Below, in pieces: positions 54,048-64,000 of a stretch of DNA of 64,000 nt. Under the pieces are notes generated by a model, which saw nothing but the letters and a program-made list of their open reading frames with translations, did no database searches and had not been told where the DNA came from. The stretch's first letter is position 1, and every line of letters starts with the position of its first letter. The stretch spans positions 23,188,001-23,252,000 of the forward strand of contig OX597816.1 in the NCBI GenBank assembly GCA_951406725.2. The letters are read 5' to 3'. This stretch comes from Octopus vulgaris (taxonomy: Eukaryota). A program made the translations under genes and the position numbers.

Positions 54048-55604
54048 TTATCTATCTATATAATTATGCTGTAATGTAGCTGACAGACTACTCTCAGAAT
54101 ATTCCATGGCAAGTTAAAACTCAATTCTTCTTTTTCATTGCTATGCAGACAGGCAGAATAGCTGTTATTTGAAATACAGATGGCATTTCTGAGTTCAAAT
54201 CCAACGGGAACAATCTATTTTTTCCCCTTCCGTGGTCGATAAATAACGTACTAATTTAGGTCCCAGCCATGTTGGAACACCTTACTATATTTCTTTCAGT
54301 ACTTGTTGCGATTCTGTGAGCTGACGCGATACTTTCTGGGTTTCTAGCTCACTTACATCTGTTTACATTTACGTGTGAGTCATGATGTAATAAATGTTTT
54401 GCCACAGATCTCGGAACACAATGTAAAATGTCCTTGGCTTAAAGAAACTATTACTGCCATACTTGCAAGCTCTGAGTGCGTCGCCCTTATATTTCCCCAG
54501 TTGTCACATTCTCTTTATGTGTTTGATTTTTATCAAAATGTAGGCTTTTAAAAAGCCCACATATTTTGCAGAGGTTATGTACAAAATACTTTTCTATTTT
54601 TTAAATAATGGTATAAAAGGAAGATCTAGTATAAGATATTGTTGCCGTAAAAAGAACAACAACAACAACAACAACACCAGCAACGAAATACGTACTTCCT
54701 AATAAGTCATGAAAGACTATTATTAATAGAGAAAAATATAGGACGTCTGATTGTTAGAATGACAGAGAAGGTGCAGTATCGTGTTACGCTATTTAGTTCC
54801 ATTTCACTGCTTTTTAATTTTAGACGTATCATGGGTCGACAAAAATCATGCATTAACAATGTTCTCAGTCGATGTAATCATCGATATTCCGTCTATTGAA
54901 ATTTGTGGCTGTGTGGCAATGTATATACTGTATGATTTCATATAGATTTTCTAATATTTCCTCAAATTAAAAGTGAATTTATTCGCGAAAATTGGTGATC
55001 AGTTAGATTCTATGCTAACCTCATTTTTGTAAGTTTATAGTAAAATATGAGCCATATTCACAACTGTGTGGCAAGGGCAGAGCCCTCAATCTCACCCGTG
55101 AAACTTTACACAGCACCCGGGATTGTTGGTAGACAGGAAGGATGATATCCTCAAACCAGAGACGTTTTCTGAAAGCCTGCAAATCAGTGAGTTCAAAAGT
55201 CCCCCATTATAATATTTGTGGCGATTCATCTAACCTATGGGAGGTTTACTTGTACGAATTCTTCATTAGACACATCATAGTTAAGTAATTGTAAATAGAC
55301 ATTAGAATGGTGAAGAACTGGAAGGATTCGTTAGAGTGTCGGAAGAAATGCACTGTAAAATTCAATTAAACATTCAAACGTTTCAGTGTCATATAAAAAT
55401 AAATGTTCCTTCTCGAGCCATGCTAGGTTCATAAGGGCCGGTTTCCCGGTTTTAGTGGTGTAGAAATTTTCCAGAAGTTAATCATTTAAATATGAGCATG
55501 TCTAGATATGCAACTATATCCATGAGAATACATACTTAAAACAGAACATACAAATCTGCATGTATACATATATACATGCATACATACATACATACATACA
55601 TACA

Positions 55605-55637
<33 letters not shown>

Positions 55638-55638
<1 letters not shown>

Positions 55639-55742
55639 CCGTGTTCTTGATGATGAAATTCCAATGAAGGAACCTTGGATCTAGGTTAGAAACCGGTTCT
55701 TTCTCTATTAGTAAGAAATCTTGAACTAAAACTGAATAATGA
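55638..55742 (+). mobile_element. Short insert in (TACA)n with hammerhead-like remnant
   Basis: aUGAAGG-AACCU..AGGUU-A-GAAA-CCGG-UU; palindromic AACCGGUU; core does not match CUGANGA. Confidence 0.35.
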
Positions 55743-55990
55743 CATACATACATAACCATAGGCATATATGCACGTATGTATGTACGTATTTACGTATGTA
55801 TGTACGTACGTATGTACGTATGTATGTATGTATGTATATATGTATGTATGTATGTACGTATGTATGTATGTATGTATGAATTGTATGTATGTATGTATGT
55901 ATGTATGTATGTATGTATGTATGTATATATGTATGTATGTATGTACGTATGTATGTATGTATGTATGAATTGTATGTATGTAGGTATGTA

Positions 55991-56225
55991 TTCTTTTACT
56001 CTTTTACTTGTTTCAGTCATTTGACTGTGGCCATGCTGGAGCACTGCCTTTAGTCGAGCAAATCGACCCCAGGACTTATTCTTTGTAAGCCTAGTACTTA
56101 TTCTATTGGTCTCTTTCGCCGAACCGCTAAGTTATGGGGACGTAAACACACCAGCATCGGTTGTCAAGCGATGTTTGGGGACAAACACAGACACACAAAC
56201 GTATACACATACATACATACATACA

Positions 56226-56260
<35 letters not shown>

Positions 56261-56814
56261 TATATATATATACGACGGAATTCTTTCAGTTTCCGTCTAC
56301 CAAATCCACTCACAAGTCTTTGGTTGGCCCGAGGCTATAGCAGAAGACACTTGCCCAAGTGCCACACAGTGGGACTGAGCCCAGAACCATGTGGTTGGTA
56401 AGCAAGCTACTTACCACACAGCCACTCCTACACCTATATATATATGCATACTTTTCAAATCTGGTCCACCGTTTTGGTTCGCGTAATAAATTCTAGCGTG
56501 TATACATTTAACATTTTGGAGGGAAGAATACTGGATGAAATACAGCCACACGCAATTATTTCTTTTCACACCAATATTATTACGTGGTAACTCCAGTTTA
56601 TCTACGTGAGTACAGTTGACGTATATAGGTTTATATGTGCTTTTAAAATCCTGAAGATTAGTGAATAAAAAAAAAAAAAAAAAAACTAAGAAGGAATAAA
56701 ATGTACTGAAACATTTATCAGTATGAAATTCTGCATAAAATTAAGAAATATCATAATAAATTTCTCATGAGAGCTTTGCAGTAACAAAAAAAAAAAGAAA
56801 AAAAGAAAGCTATA
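55991..56814 (-). repeat. Right arm of the inverted duplication (SINE A 55991-56434 plus non-SINE 56435-56814)
   Basis: Reverse complement of 44824-45627. Confidence 0.9.
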
Positions 56815-57381
56815 AAATATAAAAGCAAAACAAAAAATATTAAAAAGATTGAACAACAATTTTAAAGCATTAGATATTGAATGTAAATATATGAATCCGA
56901 GAACTTGTATTTTTTTTTAACCTAACATTTCTCATAGGAAATTGGATATCGATAAATATGGATTCGAAGACCTCTGTTAAAAACCATCCAATTATATGCT
57001 GCAATATTATTTCGTATTTCTAAAATAGAAGTAAGTTAGAAGAATTGGTAGAGTGCTGAACGAAATGCATATCGCTTAATTTGGTGTACCTTAACGATTC
57101 GACTTTCAAACCACGCCGGAAATCGAATTTGCAATTCGTATAAGACTGGCATCTACTTTGCCTATTCCTCAAGGAGTAAATGTAAATTCTATGAAAATAA
57201 ACAAAACGTAACACTGTAAGTAATGCTTAGATTTGTCTTTCTTTCTATATTTATTTGGCATTTTTTGGCGAAATACAGACATACGAATATAGATATGTGT
57301 GTGAGATTATGTGTGTATACATACACATATACATATATACATTCATATATATATATATATATATTCATACACAAGCACTCC

Positions 57382-57438
<57 letters not shown>

Positions 57439-57579
57439 GGGGTGTGTTTTTGTGTGTGTGTGTGTGTGTGTTGTTTGTAACATTTTGTGTTAATCAAAAC
57501 AAGCTACAAATAAGATATTCAGAATGGTAGAAGGTACAGCTAAGGTGAAACTTGAAGTCTCAGTCATCACACACACACA

Positions 57580-57641
<62 letters not shown>

Positions 57642-57909
57642 TACACACACACAGACACTCACACTAACATTTGTTCTTACGTTCATTTATAATAAAAATT
57701 TGTTTTACATTAATCTATATTTTTCCAGAGTACAAAGTTGTTATTCTCATACAAGAATGTCGATGATAGTGACTTCGAAGTTTTCGTCATCGTCGGACAG
57801 TCGGAGTATGGCTTAGCTGGACGAATGTTCCAAGTCACTGTCAAGAAGATTTTTGTATACAAATAGAAAATATATACGCATAGGTACATACACACATACA
57901 TACGCACAT

Positions 57910-58097
57910 ACGAGGGATGCTGGAAAATTCCCGGCTTTGGGTAAAATATTCTACATATTTCTTTCATAGATTCACATTCTTATTGCAGCCGTCCTCCATC
58001 TTTCCTAAGATCCGTAAAATAACTTAAAAGGTTTGGCCTCCAGCCAGGCCTGTCGGGACACCCTTAGAGAAAGGTACATATTAGCCCACACCTCGTG
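57910..58097. mobile_element. Possible mariner-derived MITE
   Basis: TACGAGGGATGCTGGAAAATTCC left end and a degenerate ..CACACCTCGTG right end. Confidence 0.4.
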
Positions 58098-58717
58098 TAC
58101 ACACACACTCACACACACACATTGTATATCTTGTGCATGGAGGTAAGTGTACGGCTGCTACGAGGCGTTTAGTGCCTCAGCATCAGCAACACTCACTGCA
58201 GAGGATTCCAATAACCACTATGTGGAAACGGGCGTAGGGAATAGATAATTTAAACTGTATGTTGCGTTTAAGATGATTTTTGCTTATTGTTGTTTCCGTC
58301 CCCATTTCATCTTTCTCAGGTCGATGAATAAGGTGAATAAGGTATCATTTAACTACTGGACTAGGTTCGCCTCTCTCTCACGCGCTTTCTCTCGGAATCG
58401 AGCGAACTGCTGGATGAGAAATGCTGAAATCCGAGGTGTATTGAGTGAGACACTACCTAACGTCTCCTCACAGGAGAATTTAAATGTTCCCGGGCTTGTT
58501 CAGGAACGATCAATGTGCAAAGCAGCACAGAAAAGAATTTAAAACGGAGGGGCATTTATACGTATATATCAAAACAGAATCTCTGCGTAGTTGCGGTACT
58601 TGAGTAGTAACAGTATAATAAATCTGCAAAAAAGTATTGTGATTAATTTTGTTGTTTAATGTTATTTTTCCATTCGTCATAAAAATAAACATTAATATAT
58701 ATATATATATATATGGT

Positions 58718-59403
58718 GCATATTACCAGGATGGTGACAAAGTGCAGACGACTGGCTGGATGGATCCTGAGAACATTCAGAACCAGAGAAAAGGAAACCA
58801 TGATGGTCCTCTGGAGGACATTCGTCCTCAGCTGCCTGGATTACTGCTCACAGCTATGGTCACCCAACATTGTGAAATTAACAGCAGACCTTGAAGCAAT
58901 CCAGAAAAGAGTCACAAAGAAGATCGTCCCTTTGCAACTGCTCAGCTACTGGGAATGGCTGAAACAGCTAAGACTCTACACCCTGAAGAGAAGGCGGGAG
59001 AGGTATGCAGTAAAATTAATCTAGAAGATCCTGGAAGGAATTATGCCAAATTTTGGCATTGAAAGCTACACCAATGTCAGAACGGGACGACATTGCATAG
59101 TGCCAATGATCCCAGCAATGCCATCGCGCTTCAGGACCATTTACTGCTTGCGTTTCAGAGGTCGACAGCTTTATAATATTCTCCTGAGGGACCTACACTA
59201 AGTGGCTGTAGGTGTTTTCAAATCAAAACAGGACCTCTTCTCGTCGAGAGTCCCAGATGAACCTACCTCGCGGCAAGAGGTTCAAATGAGTGCAGTGATG
59301 ACATTAAAGTCCCTTGTTCACCTAACGCCACATATTAGAGGTGGCTCTCAATAATAACAGTGTAGCAAAACGGCAATGCCCCAGCTTTGAGCTGAAACTA
59401 CAA
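58718..59403 (+). mobile_element. CR1/L2-like LINE 3' fragment (same family as 46827-47545)
   Basis: ORF 58713-59024 GWILRTFRTRE..LDYCSQLWSP..LSYWEWLKQLRLY; premature stop. Confidence 0.9.
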
Positions 59404-59414
59404 TATATATATAT

Positions 59415-59470
<56 letters not shown>

Positions 59471-59473
59471 ACA

Positions 59474-59536
<63 letters not shown>

Positions 59537-60121
59537 TATATAAAATCTGTTTAACAAGAGTCTAGAATTAAAAGTTTTACGCTTTGTATTTAAGAACAGA
59601 GAATTACATTTACACCTCGTGTTCGAGACTGGATATTATTAGAATACCCCGTGTTATAATTAACAACTATCGGATATTATACAAATGTTATATTTCCCAT
59701 GAAATAAAGTGTACTAACAATATTTGTTCAAAAAGTATAATCGTGTTTTTCTCCAAATTTTTCTGTCGCCTTCTGTCTCTCAGTATTTTATAATTACAAT
59801 TGTTATCTTTAAATACTTCTTAGTTCTTTACACTGTTATCTTTTCATTTCTTTGTTACATTATATTTATAGCTACTGTTTGTTATCTACATATTAATATT
59901 TTATATAACTGTAAACAATGTTTTTGTCACATTCTAGCTACTGTACTATATTCACTGGCACAACGATTATCCGTCGTCTTCTAAAATTTGTTTCTTTTAA
60001 ACATTCTAGTTACTCTTCGCCTCTAAGTCGAAATTAAAGTTTTTCAAGATTTCAAGAGAGCTTTTGACTGTACTAGAGCGGAACATAAAATTACAGGGGG
60101 GATATCGGTTCTTTCCCTCTT

Positions 60122-60740
60122 ATTTTTTATTGCCCACAAGGGGCCAAACATAGAGGGGACAAACAAGGACAAACAAATGGATTAAGTGTATTACATCGAC
60201 CCCGGTGCGTAACTGGTACTTAATTTATCGACCTCGAAAGGATGAAAGTCGACCTCAGCGGAATTTGAACTCAGAACGTAACGGCAGACGAAATACCTAT
60301 TTCTTTATTACCCACAAGGGGTAAACACAGAGGGAACAAACAAGGACCTACAAACAGATTAAGTCGTTTATATCGACCCCAGTGCGTAACTGGTCCTTAA
60401 TTTATCGTCACCGAAAGGATGAAAGGCAAAGTCGACCTCGGTGGAATTTGAACTCAGAACGTAACGGCAGACGAAATACGGCTATGCATTTCGCCAGGTG
60501 TGCTAACATTTCTTAATTTTTTATTGCCCACAAGGGGCTAAACACAGAGGGAACACACACGGACAAAGGGATTAAGTCGATTACATCGACCCCAGTGCGT
60601 AACTGGTACTTAATTTATCGACCTCGAAAGGATAAAAGGCAAAGTCGACCTCGGCTGAATTTGAACTCAGAATGTAGCGGCAGACGAAATACCGCTAAGC
60701 ATTTCGCCCGGCGTGCTAATGTTCCTGCCAGCTCGCCGCC
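60122..60740 (-). mobile_element. SINE family D cluster with three tandem bodies
   Basis: Repeated GAACTCAGAACGTAACGGCAGACGAAATAC units; head ending at 60740. Confidence 0.9.
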
Positions 60741-62168
60741 TTGTTTTTTTCCCAAGACGCTTTCAACCATGTGACTCTGCCAGGGTTGATAATGTCACAA
60801 CGTGCATCGTACTAGCGCCAAGCCATAAAGTCCGCTTCTTTTATCTCAGGTCACATAGTACCTCGGTTTGTGACTTCAAAGAAGGCATGTATGCTCATCT
60901 TTTCTTTGCTGCGCCAGTGATTCCAAGCCCATCCTGAAACTTGCAGATTGAACCTCTCAAAAACCTCCGGAAGCTCACTTCAACTGTCTTACAGATTTAC
61001 TAGCCCTTTGTATTTTGTAGAATTCTATCATGAAGTTCATCTATGTGTTCGTCCAAGGATTGAGTCAGTTCCTTCGCGATCAGTTGGATGTTGGAATTTG
61101 AAGTAATCATGACTAGCAGGATGATGCAATTAAACAACTTTACAAATTCCGCTTAAAGTTTCAGGTAGTAATACTTTTATCTGTAGCAATAATCGAGGTT
61201 TTGATCCATCTTTGAGAAATTGGATCATTTTACTTTCTTGTAGTGTTCTTTACTACACTGAGTACACGTTGAATGCATGTCCGCTACCATAGGTGTTATG
61301 TCGCACATTCGGATGACCGCTATTCAACTCTACTACTCAACTGTTCTCTCTCTACTACTCTCTGTTCTATCGACGTCTAGGCTTCTCCCTCTATATCTAC
61401 GTATTGGGCTAGCCTACTTCATCGTCTGGGGGCGTCCACACAACAATAGGTCATAGACAGTGGTAGTGATCATCGGCCAAGGTGTTATGATGTTATGATA
61501 TCTACTGAACGTTCAAGCAACAAAGTTTCCGCATATTTTTCGGATGGTTACTCTGCCCCTCGGACTACAGGCAAAGACTTTCTCGAGGCTCATGATTGGC
61601 TTTTCATTTAATGTTGGGATGGTAGTTTCAGAATTGATGAAGCGAGGCTTTCTCTTCACTACAAGGTGTCGGTCTAATTTTCTTTAGCAGGAATTTTTTC
61701 AGCCGACAGGATACATTACTAAAAATACATTACTAAAAAATATATTTGTTTGTATACTCAGTTGTGAGATCACCCTAATCAGATCGATCTATTTACAGTT
61801 TTCCGCCATAGGAATTAAAACACATTCGGCATTCTCCCACTAGGGGCGAACGATATAGCTTTTTGTTGAGCAGTGTGGCACGGAAATCAAACAAAATGTT
61901 ATAGAAGTAGACAACTTTCATTAGACCACTAAAAATCCGACCAAGTGTTCTACTGCAGCAAATCTTATCTAGGCTCCTTGCTTATTGAGAACCTACATTG
62001 TTCTTTATTTGCTGAACATTCAATGTTACCACTTCGTTTATCAACGTGCAATTCCTTAATAAAGGAGAACTAATGGCAAATGAAAGATACCTGTTTCTTG
62101 ACATTTTGCTTTCTTCGACTTCAATGCCTCGCTGCTAAGCAAGAAGATATGAGTTCTTTTGTCGAGTA

Positions 62169-62581
62169 GGCGTAGGAGTGGCTGTGTGGTAAGTAGCTTA
62201 CTTTCCGAACCACATGGTTCCGGGTTCAGTCCCACTGCGTGGCACCTTGGGCAAGTGTCTTCGACTATAGTCTCGGGCCGACCAAAGCCTTGCGAGTGGA
62301 TTTGGTAGACGGAAACTGAAAGAAGCCCGTCGTATATATGTATATATATGTATGTATGTGTATATACGTTCGTGTGTCTGTGTTTGTCCCAACATCGCTT
62401 GACAACCGATGCTGGTGTGTTTACGTCTCCGTAACTTAGCGGTTCAGAAAAAGAGACCGATAGAACAAGTACTAGGCTTACAAAGAATATGTCCTGGGGC
62501 CGATTTGCTCGACTAAGAGCGGTGCTCCAGCATGGCCACAGTCAAATGACTGAAACAAGTAAAAGAGTAAAAGACAGTAAA
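62169..62581 (+). mobile_element. SINE family A, full length
   Basis: Complete head, body and tail. Confidence 0.9.
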
Positions 62582-63337
62582 GTTGTCGCGCAGCTCTACC
62601 AATTGTTTAAACTCATCTTCATTGCCCACCACTTAAATTGCTTCTTCAGATTTCTGAACACGACGATGAGAATTACCAAAATGTCAACAGCTGGTTCCTC
62701 TACGCACCTTTCTTACCGAAGTAAATTCTGGCAACCATCTCTTTTGGCTTAACTGATTTATTAAATACACTACAATGCACAGTTCTTCTATCACCCTATT
62801 TTCTCGATTAAGCATCAATGTAATTTTTTTAATATTCTAGCATTGTTGTGCGTTTGTGAGTTGTGCTATTGTAGAGGTGTAAGGTGTTCGTTGATATGTG
62901 GTTTTTATGGTGTTATCTCACATCATATTTTATACATCCCCTCTTATATGTCTAATTCAATGTTAATGTCAAACTTTAAGATAAAAATTCAACTTTTATT
63001 GTCACTTTTTTCATATCAGCATTTCCTGGTTTTCCTGTGTCAGTAGTTTAGAGAGGGAAACTGATTTAATTCAGAACTGTTGTCTGAGTCTCAAGAAGAG
63101 CATTTTAAAAATTTAACCAAAAAATACTTTGTTACCAGAGAATTGGTGTTACGATATTTATCATGAAATATAATTTTCTACGGATGTCTTAACCTCGAAG
63201 CCTAACCTTAGACGTCATCGAAAGCCACTGGACTTTTTCACCCAATATTTTCCTGCTTCTCCTACTTTTTGTTCCACCATTAAAAATAAATATAAATTGT
63301 AATTAACGTGACTGAAGTATAACAAGTATACATCTAT

Positions 63338-63751
63338 GTTTCTTTATTACCCACAAGGGGCTAAACATAGAGGGGACAAACAAGGACAGACAAACGGATT
63401 AAGTCGATTATATCGACCCCAGTGCATAACTGGTACTTAATTTATCGACCCCGAAAGGATGAAAGGTAAAGTCGACCTCGGCGGAATTTGAACTCAGAAC
63501 GTAGCGACGGGCGAAATACCTATTTCTTTACTACCCACAAGGGGCTAAACACAGAGGAGACAATCAAGGACAGACAAACGGATTAAGTTGATTATATTGC
63601 ACCCAGTGCATAACTGGTACTTAATCTATCGACCCCGAAAGGATGAAAGGCAAAGTCGACCTTGGCGGAATTTGAACTCAGAACGTAACGGCAGACGAAA
63701 TACGGCTACGCATTTCGCCCGGCATGATAACGTTTCTGCCAGCTTGCCGCC
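63338..63751 (-). mobile_element. SINE family D with two tandem bodies
   Basis: Head ending at 63751; junction CGAAATACCTATTTC at about 63512. Confidence 0.9.
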
Positions 63752-64000
63752 TTTAACATGTATACATCTATCATGTGTTTGTTATATTCTTATTTTAACA
63801 CTACAGTACTATCCTAGAACATGCCATCTTTCGTTTCAGATTTTCATATATATATTTTTGGTTTCATTTTTACTGTGCTTTGTCACCGTTGTTTCTTACC
63901 TCATCATCAGGCCTTTATAACTTTTCCAATATTACTTTTAGGTTTTGTCCTTATCTCATGGCAGTTACTTAGTTTTCTTGCCGTCATGCTCCAGGTATTA

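Noticed and set aside
58138-58150. Consensus splice donor GAG|GTAAGT
   Set aside because: Isolated motif expected by chance; upstream sequence is CA repeat and MITE-like
60741-61460. Possible Gypsy gag/PBS remnant on the minus strand (WNHWR, TGGCGCAGC) or host exon
   Set aside because: No LTR pair, no sustained ORF and no recognisable domain

Overview
AT-rich eukaryotic DNA, most likely intronic or intergenic octopus sequence (inferred from the tRNA-derived SINE families and the very high density of (TA)n/(CA)n/(TACA)n/(TAGA)n tracts). I found no supportable host protein-coding exon; almost all ORF-track entries are translations of microsatellites or SINEs. The window is a nested mosaic of decayed mobile elements. 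These include four tRNA-SINE families with shuffled modules, CR1/L2-like, RTE-like and R4-like LINE fragments, and two Penelope-like (GIY-YIG) elements. There are also a mariner with TIRs, hAT remnants, a non-autonomous Helitron and several MITE-like inverted repeats. The main hidden signal is a set of minimal type-I hammerhead ribozyme motifs in short inserts between TA microsatellites; two look structurally intact (9161-9253 and 38314-38372). Other notable items are a tRNA-like head inside a Penelope terminal repeat, a 3' stem-loop shared by one SINE family and several LINEs, two long palindromes and an ~800 bp inverted duplication. All family names and folds were assigned by eye and need database or folding confirmation; SINE labels A-D are my own.
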